Counted from the stretch's first letter, positions 1 to 13,335 are shown. The stretch is 64,000 nucleotides of DNA from Octopus vulgaris (GCA_951406725.2 OX597815.1:176080001-176144000), one strand, 5' to 3'. Notes: generated by a model not told the origin, from the letters alone. Program-made: numbers and translations.

Positions 1-1006
1 CATGTCTTTCAAATGACTTCACTATTCAAATTTTCTCTTTTTCTATCATATCTATGCCGCACACGTTTCGGATTCTGAAATATACTCTTTCAGTAAACCC
101 AGTCATCCTTCAACAACATTTTCGCAATCTTCACTATATTATTTCAAAGTTCACATTCTGCTATTTTTCGTTAATATGTTTCCCAGTCAGTCTTCATTTA
201 TTTATCCATATCTTATTTTACACAATGTTATGTACAATGAAACACTACCCGCCTCTCTAACACTATTCACTGTTCCCTCACTTCTTATTCCCGAAGTCTT
301 TCACTCTGTGCTTTTTTTATATTTTTCAAGTAATGTTAAGAGCAGATAACTCCAAACTTGAATTACACCATTTCGATATTATACTGCTATGGTTCTACAC
401 TCGGATGGTATATTGATCCATCTTGTATCTATCCAGAATTAGCTTTGTAGGACATTGTCTTCTATGTGATCGTACAGATTTTCGAATCGTTTAGAAAAAG
501 CGAATTGGTAAAATTCTGGAACGATTCAAACCTAGAAAAAAGGATTGGCGAAACACCAGACTAATTTCTAAGTCTGCAAACTACATTTTAGTAAATATAA
601 ACTTGAAAGCACGGGAGCAATTGTTAGTTATTCATGGATAGTATGTTGTAAAACATCATAAACTTTTAGAGAGGAAACAGAAGATTATGATTATCATCCG
701 ATATAATGGTTGAAAACTTATACCATATTTAGAATATTGACCGTTATTAAATCTGGCTAAAATTATTGAGAAAAACAATTGCCAAGCTGTGAAAGTCAGC
801 GGCTGAGACAACTTCACGCTGTAGGTAAGAACGTGATCGACAACGTACTTAAAAGATGCATTTCATTTATTTTTAGCGGGCGTGAATGAAACTGGGCTGA
901 AAAATTGCTACGCCGCCTCGATATATATGGCCATTGATATACATACACAAACACACACACACATATAATTAATAATATCAGGGTAATAAAGAAGTCCAAA
1001 CCACTG

Positions 1007-1047
<41 letters not shown>

Positions 1048-1052
<5 letters not shown>

Positions 1053-1340
1053 GTTATCGCCATACTAATATGGCAGTCTTATAAATATAAGACTAAAGCT
1101 GTCGCTGATTAGCTCCAAGAGGCCACCGCCTCAAGCTAGCTATTTGACACACAACCTGCGTCCATTACAAACCTTCGAACAGGGGAGGTCAGCCGCTTCA
1201 TCCTGCTAGTCAGACAGCTGTAATGGACGCAGGTGGTGTGTCAAATAGCTAGCTTGAGGCGGTGGCCTCTTGGAGCTAATCAGCGACAGCTTTAGTCTTA
1301 TATTTATAAGACTGCCATATTAGTATGGCGATAACTATTA
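1048..1340. repeat. Near-perfect long inverted repeat (122-bp arms, 49-nt loop) embedded in (TA)n; probably PLE-derived
   Basis: 1048-1169 (taatagttatcgcc...gcgtccattaca) is the reverse complement of 1219-1340 with one mismatch seen. A ~50-nt unique tail follows, then (TA)n again. Confidence 0.9.
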
Positions 1341-1385
1341 ATTTCCAGTAACGCTACCGTAATCTCCTTTAGAGAGACTTAGTAA

Positions 1386-1423
<38 letters not shown>

Positions 1424-2034
1424 TATATACACACATATGCACATACATACATATGTATGTATATAGGTATGCATATATGGGTACATGACGTCACAAAACG
1501 TAATCATCACGAAATACGAAAATAACGTTGGGTACGCAAAGAACGAGAGAAACAATAGAGAACAAGAGGAATAACATAAAACACGACCCTTCATCAGTTG
1601 TCGGCTGTCCTCGTTATTTACAGTAATGAACGACAAGATAAGACTTTGAAAGTAGTTGCTCCCGCGAACCAAAATAAAATTTGGGATTTGCAGAGGGTCG
1701 AAGTTGGTAACAAATACAGGACATACAACAAACCAAACCAAACGAATAAAAACAGGGAGGGCCATTAGGCTCAGACGTGGTAAGGTAGCGAACGCTCGAA
1801 GATTCTTTGATAAGAGAAAAGATAGGAGAGGAGACAGATACGAATGCGTCTGGACTGCAATAGATATTCCAATCACAGTCATTGATTGTTTGAAATATCA
1901 CTTTTCTTAGATATTTTTAATATCTAAGAATTAGAACATATACACACGCACACACATGTATGTATACATATATACATATATAAATATACAGATATATGCA
2001 CATATATTCATGAATAAGTATATATACATACATA

Positions 2035-2896
2035 TAAACAGGGATTAATCTTCTCTCTTCGGTCCTTTATGCCATATGGGCTCAACTCTCCACCCCTTGC
2101 CTCTCTCCCCCTCCCACCCACCTCTCCTCTCTTGCTCCAACTCCTACTTCTCTTCACTCCTACATTTCTTCACCCCTACTCTCTTTCTCTCTAACTCTCT
2201 TTTACTCTCTTCTCTCTTACTCTCTTTCTCTCATACCCACCTTCTCCTTCATCGTCAACCTTCCCCAATAAGCCTACCCCACCCCTACACATTCCTACTC
2301 CACATTCCCTATCCTTCCCATCCCACCCCTTACACCCTCACCTTTACACCCAACTTCTACCCCACCATCTGCCTATCCACATACCCCAAATCTACTCCAA
2401 CCCTCAGCCTAACCCACATCCCACCCGTGCTTTCCCCACTCTCGCCTCCCCCACCTCACAACATCACACTACACCACACCACACTACACCATATCACACA
2501 ACACATCACATCACGACACACCACCCACACACCAGCACTGACCAATTCCCATCTACACATACACACACGCACATCAAGACCACCAGCCCTCTTTTACACG
2601 CACATACGTACTCTGTTACACACTCGCGCACCTTCAATTTGGGGATCACCTTTACTTTGTTATCTCCCCTACTTCTTCACTCTCGTGTGTGATCCTTCCG
2701 TCCGGCAGTCGCCATGATAGATCGGTAGCCACTACACTCCTTCTTTTCTCTCCTTGTTTTTTTCTGTGTCCCTTTCTGTAGAAGAGCGTTGGCTCGAAAC
2801 GTAAAAGACTTTTTTCTATTCCTCAGCGTTATACTAATACATCTGTTTGTTTTCTACACCACCTGTCTTCGTCTTTTGTTTTTTCGTGAATTCTCT
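2035..2896 (+). mobile_element. Penelope-like element 3' remnant (ORF C-terminus, pyrimidine-rich UTR, pseudo-LTR with hammerhead-like motif)
   Basis: Starts with KQGLIFSLRSFMPYGLNS, matching the LIF.L....P.GLN end typical of PLE GIY-YIG ORFs. Its last ~190 nt are homologous to the reverse complement of 23030-23215. Confidence 0.65.
2772..2807 (+). ncRNA. Minimal type I hammerhead-like motif (variant core)
   Basis: CTTT-CTGTAGA-A-GAGC gttg GCTC-GAAA-CG-TA-AAAG: stem I CTTT/AAAG, stem II GAGC/GCTC, palindromic ACGT stem III, GUA site. Core differs from CUGAnGA at one position. Confidence 0.6.
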
Positions 2897-2992
2897 ACAT
2901 ATAAATATATATACACACATACACACAGATATGTGTATGTGTGTGTGCATGTATGCGGGGAAGTGTGTGTGTGTGTGTGCATGTACGCGGGG

Positions 2993-3043
<51 letters not shown>

Positions 3044-3649
3044 TATGAGACGTGGACAATATCCGTTTCTTGGCTGGTGATAAAAGCATAGAAAGTTATG
3101 TGAGCAACATTATTGGCAGAGGAGGGGCTGTGTTCTAGCGAACGTTCCAAAGCAGAGCAACAACAAACAACCGTGACGTGAATTTCTGGCCATATTATGC
3201 AATAGCTCTGTGAACATTTCTGCATCACAGTGGAATATTTGAAATATTTGTGTGGGTTGCCAAGAAGCTGGACATATTCTCCCAACGATAACAACGGAAG
3301 ATATTCCAATTCACCTGGTAAGATACAATTTTAAACGAAGAAATCTTTCTTACAATCAAATCTCATCCATTCTAATACATGATGACGCTGCGTAGGTTTC
3401 GCGTGGCAGGTCCTAATTTCGTTCCCTTGACAAGCAAAGATTGCAATGTCAATGACATAGAAGGAAAACTGGGAAAACAGACGGCCTTACAGCACGAAAC
3501 GACGGACATTTGATGAAAGTCTCAAACGCACGGAAATCAGTTGCCCAGAAGAGGCAAAACTGTGTAAGATCAAATACGCTGCAGAAAACTTATTACGAGA
3601 TGGTAGGACATAAATATAATTTGCGCGCGCGCACGTATACATGTATGTA

Positions 3650-4184
3650 TTTATAATGATAAATGCCAAAACGGGTGTCAGTGTGTCACACTTTGACTCC
3701 CTCTCTCACTATTCAATGACACTTCTACTCCTCTTGCTGGGGTGAGAGTAATAGTAGGCTTAGAGATGGTGAGGAGGGGTAGTAGATTGACAGTTGAGAT
3801 GGTAATAGGGTGATAGAAATAGTATGAGCTATAGTTGTGATAGAGTCGGAGGCGACGGTGATGATAGTGGTGGTGGTGGTAACGGAGGCGGTGAAGCATA
3901 ATGGTGATAGTAAGGGATGTGAAAGACAGTGATAGTGTACTGACCTCCGAATGGGAAGACAAAAAATTTTGCTTATCATGAAGCTTTGCAATAAGTTCCA
4001 AGTCCCCCATATTATATCATTGGTTTGACGAAAATTGTTCATTGCTTGAAAAATATTGGTCAACTTTAATAAAATTTAATATGTACTTAGTGCATAAAGT
4101 GTCATTATTAGGCTCAAGGCCCAATGAAGAGACCTCCACAGGAGCTAGCTTAAAAGCCGCACTATCGAACGGCGTTTAAGCTAG
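3650..4184 (+). mobile_element. Non-autonomous Helitron retaining the RepHel helicase C-terminus
   Basis: 3947-3994 translates PNGKTKNFAYHEALQ*, like the TKN.VY.EAL end of Helitron helicases. A subterminal hairpin GCCG-cactatcgaa-CGGC precedes CTAG (4181-4184), followed by T. The 5' boundary is approximate. Confidence 0.7.
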
Positions 4185-4616
4185 TACATACATGTGTGTG
4201 TGTATTCATTCCTACATTATATATATATATACGCTCGTGCGTGTGCATCATATATATATATTTGCTTGTTGAAAAACTTGCATTTACAATATCTCAAAAT
4301 ACGTTTTATCGACCGATGTTTGTTTGATAACAATCATTCTAAATTACCTGTTTTTTTTGGGTTTTTTTTATATGGTTTATATTCAAAGTATCTACCGAGG
4401 CAAATGAATGTCTAAATTATACAACGGACGTCTACCTGAAAACAATAATTCACAAGACATGTCTATTATCGGATTTAGTCTTCAAGGAAATGCACTGCAT
4501 TGACAGAACGAACGTAATGCAAAGTGAAATCTTTAAAAATTTCGTTTTCAAAGAAATTACATTTACTTCCAATTTCTGTTGATGACCTCTATGTCAGTTA
4601 ATTGCTCGTTACAGTT

Positions 4617-4671
<55 letters not shown>

Positions 4672-4680
4672 GCGTGTGTG

Positions 4681-4731
<51 letters not shown>

Positions 4732-6099
4732 TCGTGAGCGCTTTCATGGAAGTCGGTCTGAATGTACTTTAGTGTATATGCATTAATCGATCGAAAATAA
4801 ATGAGTGACCAAATATTGCTATTTTCCGAGATGTCTGTGACATACTTTTCTTAAGTTACTCTCCACCGCTCTACACTTTTTCCTTCCGATTATTTTCTCT
4901 GTCAACAATTGCTATATTTCTACGCTGTTTTAAGTTTTAATTTTACTTGTAAATTTAACAGGAATATCAAAGAAGACACCTGAACAACATGTTAGGAGAT
5001 AACAATGCATATTATTTTCCAGGTATAAGGGCGTATATTAATGTACACGTAGTAGAAATTGGCTCGAAGCAAACTATGATGCCAGAATTTAAATTCAATG
5101 ACATTCATTTTAAATATGAAAAGATTCACTCTGCTTATAGCTGTCTCGATATAATATACTTTGTTATTTCTCAAAACGAATTAATAAGAATTAATAGATA
5201 GAAGCACATCGAATTGAATGTCACTAAGTTCTGCCACTGTCATGCTTTGAATTCATTCGATTCATTTGTTTTTCCCTTTTCCTAAAACTATTTCTCAATT
5301 TGCCATTATGGGAATAGTTATCACATAGAGAACGATTCGGAAGCGTTCAGAATAAGAGCTAGGAACAGCAAATTACTGTTCATATTGGAATAATACGACT
5401 CATTGTGTTGCATCTCACGATTTAAAATTCCAAAACTTTACTGGAGACGCTGTGGTGTGTAGTATTTTGTATGCGGTGCTCTGAGCCAAAGAACCTTATA
5501 GAATGCTCTCTATTCATACTTCAACGCCATTTTGTTACTTAAGACACAATTTTACTTGATTCTTAAATATGAGTTTTACGCACGTGCCGTGGGACTGATT
5601 TATTGATTTTGTTTTTAAAACGCGTTTAATGATTGTACTTAAACATATTTTTAAACCAAAAGATAAAGCAATATCGATTTTTTTAAAACCCTCGATTTGA
5701 CTGATTGTTTATCCCATAATAACGTAACTGTTTTGCTTCTTCGAGAAGCAGACATTTGCATTAATGTAAAGCTAACTTAAAATATTACTGAACAAAATAA
5801 TATTTAATTATTCTTAAGAGTGGTATCATCTCCAAGACTTAAAACAGATAATTAGTACTTGAAAAGAGCTAAATGATTTTTTTTTTTAATTGGTGTGGCA
5901 GTAACAGAAATTATTATTTAATATTGATCATTTAAAACATTCATTCTTCTGAACTGAAATAAATCAACAAGGTCTTCAAATAAAAAAAAAAAGAGAGAGA
6001 ACGTCTGCTATATTGTCGTGCAATGGAATGAATGCAATTTTGACATTTCAAAATATGCGCATCGTATATGGAAGGGCGCCTATGAACCTCATCTGAAAC

Positions 6100-6800
6100 T
6101 TTCTCAGCCTTTTAATCCTTTTATCTATGGACAATGACTAAACCACCTGATTCTAGGCACAAAATTCCCAATGCTACCTTCGACTAAGTGAAAATACATA
6201 TTCTCCTCCTCTAAAATATATCTCTTTTGTCAAATCTCAAATCTTTTCTGAAGTTGTTGCCAGCGTCTCCGAGCAATCTACTCTGCTCGACATTTATCTT
6301 CAGATCTTGATGACAATCAAATTCTTCCCACTTACTCTTTTATGTTCCTCTATCCGTCACGAATTACTAAAATATTTATCTTGTATTGTTACTAACATTT
6401 GTCTAAGTGTATCTCGCTTCTGAAATCATCACTCTTGACGATTTTGATGAGCACAATTTTTCTTCGCTCTTTCTTTCATCTATATTGACACAATAGGTGG
6501 CAGCACAGACTGCAGTGTTTGCTTTGTTTTATTAAACTTGCTGAACCAAAAAACCTTTAAATTTATTCTTGTTCCAGATAAACACACTCTTTTTAGTCTT
6601 TGAATCTAAACATTATTGATTTTCTCTCAGACTTTCTCACTGTATGGTTAATCTTTTATGCCCTCGTCGGATCTTCTTATAACTTCCTAATTAAAGCTCC
6701 TTATGCCATCTCATTCCACGGCTGCATCATGAAATCTGTTCAACGGAACCCATGCCATTTCTATGTTACTCATTCGAATATTGAAAGAAGAAGAATAGTT
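6100..6800 (-). mobile_element. Possible highly decayed AP-endonuclease region of an RTE-like LINE
   Basis: Only weak frameshifted resemblance, e.g. EG...EFCA*NQVV versus the G.RLLEFC..N.L.I.NT motif. Confidence 0.25.
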
Positions 6801-8329
6801 CTTACACATAGAATAAGTCAGCTACCATCACCCACTTTTACAAGATATGCAATAAATGAATAAATAAAAAGCAAGAGAAAAGCAAACAAAACTGAATCTT
6901 CGTCCTCCTTGTTAAAGTCGCATAAATTATCCGAAATGCTACCAGCCCAAAATGACGGAATAATTAGCACTTATAGAGTTAACGTTAGTATATAACAGGC
7001 CCCTCTCCCACCACTACCACCGATTCAATGAGAAAGCCTGCAAGAAATGGCAGCCAAATTTCACTCAAAACAAACTCCGGCGTATGTAGTTGATGAACAA
7101 AAAAGCTGATTGACTCAACAAGAATTTAGAAGTCCTTTCTGCACATTCTCATTATGTTCACATTCAACATGTAAAATAATGCTTCAATTCATTTGACCTT
7201 CCACACCAATATCCTGTCAGGCCATTGATATTTCTACTAATCTCACCGTACGTTTCTAAGCAGGAACCTGCGTCACTCTACGGAAAGATGCAACTGCTTG
7301 TTTCATCTCAAAGGATAACTATTTTTAACCCTGCCAGCTACAGACCCGTTACACTTGGTTACATACCTCAAAGCAGCAAATAGTTATCTTCGTACCAACA
7401 TTTTAAGAAAAACAACAAACTGCTTATTTCTCGCCTACAGGGTATTTTCTATCTTCTTTGCGGTCTCTCACTCTTGTAAAAATTCATTAAAAGCAGCATT
7501 GTACTCTTTATATTAACAGAAATATTCCGTGTTGTGCAAAAACCTTCTAGAAAATGTGCCCAACTGTTTTCTCCGCCTGCATCTCGTCTCTTTTCTTTGC
7601 ATGATGCCTTCAAACCCAATGTCATCAATATATCTCATTTGCAGAGATTTTGCAGTAAATCACAGCTGAAAATAAAAGTAACCTTATGTGACCACATATT
7701 TCATCTCCTCCGAGTGAATAAAGTTAAGGATCCTTCTTAACTACTAGTTATTACAGTTTTAAAAAATGGTAGAGTTTTTGCCATTTCTAGCTGCACAAGT
7801 ATCTACATAGAGGCTCACTCATTCGCCGGTGGCAGCGGTTTTTTATGTCTAAGTGCTACTTGCTATCCATCGTAAGGTTGAAGAGTCTGTAGTGGATGAT
7901 TTGTGCTTAACGACGGACTGAAACTACTAGAAGAAATTTAAGAATTAAGTGAATTTATCAGTTGGCGACCGACACGATGTACATGCTACTGTTGCAAGTA
8001 TTCAGGAAGATCGCTGGCATGAGAATAAATTCTTTGCGGCTTTGCAAAAGTTCACAGCGCTGCTGTCCATCCTTCTCTGACTGAGCCATAACTCCTGACA
8101 GACAAAGCAATAAAGAGATAAAAGGTAGTTTATGGAATAGATTTTGAATGCATTCAATAAATTGAAAGTGAAAAGGGAGATGTTTTCTCTGGTGCTTTGC
8201 AAGGGACCCTCCTTACAATTTCGAATATTTTAAAACCAAATTTATTAAGGTGAAAGAAAGTTCTGCTGAATTTCAAGATAAGAAATAAACAAACGTTTCT
8301 TTGGCCTCAATTGATACATTTCATCAAGA

Positions 8330-9240
8330 TAATATTTCTCCCATCACTGATAAATTAATCCCATTTCTTTGGTTTAATTCTGCATCCTTCGGGCGAACGA
8401 TTCTTCAAATTTCGAAGTAAAGAAAGTCTCAATGTCATTTATAAAGTCTTCACAATTAGTAAAAAAGTTTTTCCTCTAAATAACTTTGCAATGATATAAA
8501 ACGATGATAGTCAGGTGAAGCATGAGGATGAGGTAAAACTTCCATATTTAGAAGTATAATCATCTTTCTGTGGGTGACTGGACAATATGTGGTCTTGCAT
8601 TATCGTGTTAAAGCAACGATTGATCAAAAGTTGGCGATTTTTCTGCGAACTTTGTACAATACTTACAATAGACTACAATACATATTTCCGTTTACTGTTT
8701 CGTTTTTGTTTGACGCTTCATAATAAATGATACACTTCAAATCCCACCAAACACAGAGCAGAAAATGTTAGAGTGTAGATCTGGTTTGGTGATGGATTCT
8801 TCTATTCTATTGGGAGCTAACCCTTGTCAGTTTTGTTGGATATGATTATAGAGACTACACTTTGAACGCTTTTGATGATTCTTCACGAGAAAAGTTCAGT
8901 AGCAAGTCTACTCCTTCAATGACAAGCAGAGAGCAACTCTTTGTTTAAGCTGAGAAGTTGTCAGATGATGTCGTATCCTCTGAGCGATTTTAGAAAATTT
9001 TCCTCTATCATGAATATGTTTTATAATCGAAGAGTGATTTGGATCGAACTGTTTTGCTAATTCTCCCGCAATTTGTTTTGGATTTTTCTTCACTGCGACT
9101 TTTAGAAATTCACTATTGACAAAACTATTCGTTCAGATCGAAGGTAATTTGTAAAAGTTTCCCGAACGAAACCAGCCAAACCATCTGGATGCTTAAAATT
9201 TCTGGACATGTCTGATTCATTTGCATAAACAGAACAGATA
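8330..9240 (-). mobile_element. Decayed mariner (Tc1/mariner) transposase
   Basis: Minus-strand fragments: HTH ORF 8908-9093 with QRIRHHL (WVPHEL-like), LCVWWDLKCIIYYE, HDNARPHIVQ and SPDYHRFISLQSYL (YSPDLAPSDYHLF-like). Many stops and frameshifts; TIRs not identified. Confidence 0.85.
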
Positions 9241-9269
9241 TTGCTGAAGAACCACTTTTCTATTCACCT

Positions 9270-9600
9270 AAGATGCAGTCTTATATGAGTGAGCTAAAAT
9301 AATTTTTAAAGTAATCTCTAACAGAAGATGAAAGAAATTATAGTGTAAGCTTTGAAGAAGCACCCTCCAAGTGACTGTGTGAAAATTTTCGGCAAAAACT
9401 GAATGGTAGTGAAAAATATAGGAAGAAGGAAAATGCACAGAAAATTTTGTTGGACAAAATATATAGGAATATTTCATTCTGTGTTTGTAGGAGGAAAGAT
9501 AACTTCTTATGATAACACGCAATTTCAACACTGTCACTAAGGTCTTGATATGATGAGCACAAACGAAACCGGTCGACTGCGTAAACATTTTATTTAATAA
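9270..9600 (+). mobile_element. Probable PLE GIY-YIG C-terminal remnant with hammerhead-like motif
   Basis: Decayed ALKK...VKIFGK...CL*EER pattern (W.LK...W.I...LC.EEK-like), followed by ATGATGAG-cacaaa-C-GAAACCGGTC at 9550-9574. Confidence 0.4.
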
Positions 9601-9744
9601 AAATGGTGGTACTCTAGCTGCAGCCGTACGGCTGAAACAATTAAAAGAATAAAGAACATTTTGTCTAACAACATTTCTGTGAACTTTTCCTCTCATTTCA
9701 TATGTACATACATACATACATGCGTACATACAGACATCATACAT

Positions 9745-10540
9745 GCCATGCTCGGATATGTTAGTAGAAAGTTCCCAGATGATTATAACATTGAACATCA
9801 AAGCAGTCTATTATGAACCAACAACGGATTACTACCTTCCACTTTGAAAGGTATGCGTTTGCAATCCAGGAATAGGATATACCAACCAAATACCTGATGC
9901 ACAAAAGAAATAGAGATGCAGGAAAAGTAGTAAAATGTGACAACCGATGCAGACTTAGTGGAGTTAACACCGAAGATATCACTCACACCATAAGCAGTTG
10001 TCCGAAAATGTCATCACGGTATTATCTACCGATGAGACATAATGTAGCTAGGACACTGTATAACGAGATACGTCGAAAGGGTAATCCCGGGGACAAAGAA
10101 ATAAGAACCCACAGTATAGTGGAAGCCATAGCCACTCATAATAAAAGGAATACTGGTAGAACGTCCCAGTGAAAACCTCAATAAAATGTAAACACAACAG
10201 ACCTGATATAATTATTTGGAATAGAGAAGAAAATTTGTGTACAGTTGTGGAAATCAGCTGTTCAGCGGGTGTTGACGTAAAGCTGAAGATCAAGGGAAAA
10301 GACAATACCTACACGGAAATATTGGGAAATCCGAAGTTACTCTATCCAAATTACAAGTTCATGTTTATACCTGTAATTATTGGGGCAATAGGATATGTAA
10401 CACACTGTTTAAATACTAATCTTGAGAAATTAGGCTTCTCAAAACCAGAGAGGAGAAAGTTAATTCGAAGACTACATATCCAAGCCATCAGTGGAACTGT
10501 AAAAATGTGTAAAAACATTCCAGAGTTTTATCATTTAAAT
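9745..10540 (+). mobile_element. 5'-truncated R4/Dong-type non-LTR retrotransposon (zinc knuckle plus restriction-like endonuclease), copy 1
   Basis: FEGYAFAIQE, CRL...EDITHTISSC, RHNVAR, KHNRPDIII...EISC and IPVIIGAIG in ORFs 9897-10172 and 10169-10588. Close homolog at 46168-47150 (-). Confidence 0.88.
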
Positions 10541-10650
10541 ATATATATGTTTAGATATGCAAGTATAGGCATGAGAAGAAATACATAAAACAAGATATAC
10601 AAATCTGCACGTATAAATGTAGAGATACATACATGCATAGATATATACAT

Positions 10651-11200
10651 GGTGGCTGCCCCCGCGTTATCGAGTATGGCCATTACACGAAGTTTAATCA
10701 ATGTTGTTATCGTGCAATGCCTGTGGAAGATTTTTTTAAAGTGAGGAAAGGTTGTGCACTGAGTCAATCCCGCTCACTAAGCAACAGCAGCCATAATCCG
10801 AAAAATAGAACAAGTCAACATCATCGGTAACCACTGAGCCGCAGGTTTTATGTCGGAGTTATCCCAGTTACCTGAGTTACCTTCTCCTAGAAGGATGCCC
10901 TAACAAAGGTTAGGAGTCCTTCACTCCCAATGGTTTAACCGCGCGATCGGGTGTTCAGTCCGATTATTTCTATGTCCCCGTGCATGATACATGCCTTAAG
11001 ACATTTATTGGATGGCCGTTGACTCTCAAGTGTTCCTCCGCCCTTTGAGGGGTTTTGTTTTTCATCCCACAGGGTGTCCAATAAACACCCTCCTCACCAA
11101 GCAAGCTTGGTAGGGTTGCCGGTTTAGTCGCCGACGACCCGACCATGCAACAGGTTGTACTGGGTTACATGTTACCAGTAGCACTCGAAAGTGACCTGAC
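10651..11200 (-). mobile_element. ~550-bp non-coding retroposon (probably RTE-derived, bipartite) inserted in the R4 3' UTR with a TSD
   Basis: AGATATATACAT flanks both sides (10639-10650 and 11205-11216). The insert is absent from the paralogous UTR near 46040-46140. It is GC-rich and hairpin-rich; the RTE assignment and strand rest on recalled UTR motifs. Confidence 0.6.
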
Positions 11201-11257
11201 ATAAAGATATATACATACCTGCATGCGTACATACATACATACACATACATACGAAAG

Positions 11258-11362
11258 TACCCTTTTGCTGATGTTGAAATTCCAATGGCGGAGCCTTGGA
11301 TCTAGGTTAGAAATCAGATCTTTCTCTATTGGTAAGAAATCTTGAAATGAAACTGAATAATG

Positions 11363-11370
<8 letters not shown>
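11258..11370 (+). mobile_element. 3' UTR terminus of R4/Dong copy 1
   Basis: Homologous to the reverse complement of 45930-46040 (ccttgga.ctaggttagaaa...gaaatcttg...aactgaa.aatgaca); ends in (CATA)n. Confidence 0.75.
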
Positions 11371-11440
<70 letters not shown>

Positions 11441-12001
11441 TGGGAAAACAAATTTCCTAATCAATCAGGTGTAACCCCACACCGTTATATGCATCTACAG
11501 ATCATACTTTGGGGTCTTATTTATTGTATATTTATATATTTATCTAAAAATATAGTAAGTATCTGATAAAAGTCAATATTCAATTTTGGGGGATTAATCG
11601 ATATGCGGGTTTTCTATTTCAGATAATACAAAAAATAACCTAATGAGTATATCCGACAGTAAACTCATGGTATCATTTTGCACATCACGAAATAATACTT
11701 AAAGGATATAACCAAAATTACCAGCTGGGTATATAATGTACTTCATTAATTATATCATACTTTAGTTAATGCTTGTATTTATTCAATATGAAGGAACTAC
11801 GTGTGTTTCAGTATTGCACTATTTATTATTTTTTTATTTATTTATATAGTCTATTCAAGTACTTTAGAAATAAAATTATGTGGTCATTTGATTCAGGAGT
11901 TGGGAGACCGGTACTTCATTTTACTAAATGTAAAATTATTTTTCTAAAAAAAAGTGAAGCCGGTCAACTGAATAAGCATCTTTAAAATTGCATTTTCAAA
12001 C

Positions 12002-12033
<32 letters not shown>

Positions 12034-12049
12034 TAACTGGCTTTTAAAA

Positions 12050-12085
<36 letters not shown>

Positions 12086-12089
<4 letters not shown>

Positions 12090-12704
12090 ATAAGAAAATG
12101 GAGGGGATCAAGGTGGTGTTCATTAACGTTTAGACATTATATCTATTTACTTATTTTTTAAATAGACAACTATAACAACATACATACATGTATAACATAT
12201 TATGCTTTACATATATAATACAAAAAATATATATAAATTCCAGTAATTATTAAAATATATAACGTAGAGCATAGAAAGTAGGATAATATGTTACAGCCAA
12301 GCAGCCGTAGTACCCCATTCTACTGAACTGAAGTATTTGGTAGATAAGATTACGGTGTGTCTCTGGGCTTCGCCAGAGAGTTTAGAAAGTTCATAATGTT
12401 AAGTTATAAATATAAATACATACATATATGCATACATATACATATACATACATAAACACATATTAAAATGTATATGCACATGTACATGTATATGCAAACA
12501 AAGGAATCAATTATCATTATTATTATTATTATTAGGTGTATTATATTATATTATTCTTATTAGATGAAGTATAAACAGAGTTAGGAGAAAGTTATTAAAA
12601 GAGAAATAATAGTGCAATTTAAAAAAAATCAATGTATCTTATGATTATTGTAGTTATGTAGGAATGAAAAGGTATATACATGAGGAATATATATATATAT
12701 ACAT

Positions 12705-12765
<61 letters not shown>

Positions 12766-12853
12766 ATACATTGATTTTTTTAAAATTGCACTATTATTTC
12801 TCTTTTAATAACTTTCTCCTACCTTATCTAATAAGAATAATATATAATACACC

Positions 12854-12890
<37 letters not shown>

Positions 12891-13335
12891 TGATTCCTTT
12901 GTATGCATATAGATATGCATATACGTTTAAATATATGCATGTGTTTATGTATGTATATGTAAAAGTATGCATATATGTATGTATTTATATTTATAACTTA
13001 AGCTTATGAACTTTCTAAACTCTCTGACGAAGCCTAGATACACACTCAAGTACCTTAATCTTATCTACCAAATACTTCAGTTCACTGGATGGATAAAAGT
13101 AGAATGGGGTACTATGGCTTCTTGGCTGATTATCCCACTTTCTATGCTCTACGTTATATATTTTAATAATTACTGGTATTTTTATATTTGATATATTATA
13201 TATGTAAAGCATACTAGGTTATACATGTATGTATATCGTCATAATTGTCTTTTTAAAAAATAAATAAACAGACATAATATAATGTCTAAACGTTGATGAC
13301 TACCACCTCTTGATCCCCTTCATTTTCTTATTGCT
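12086..13335. repeat. Large diverged inverted repeat (arms ~12086-12642 and ~12761-13335) in (TA)n; probably PLE pseudo-LTR copies
   Basis: Colinear reverse-complement similarity over ~560 bp with indels, e.g. gagagtttagaaagttcataa / ttatgaactttctaaactctc. Confidence 0.88.

Noticed and set aside
1585-1610. CTGATGA on the minus strand as a hammerhead
   Set aside because: No stem II and GAAA downstream.
2076-2717. 213-aa His/Pro/Thr/Leu-rich ORF
   Set aside because: Translation of a low-complexity C-rich tract inside a PLE 3' remnant; no domain signature.
11636-11705. CTAATGAGT...ACGAAA as a hammerhead
   Set aside because: Stems are too poorly supported to call.
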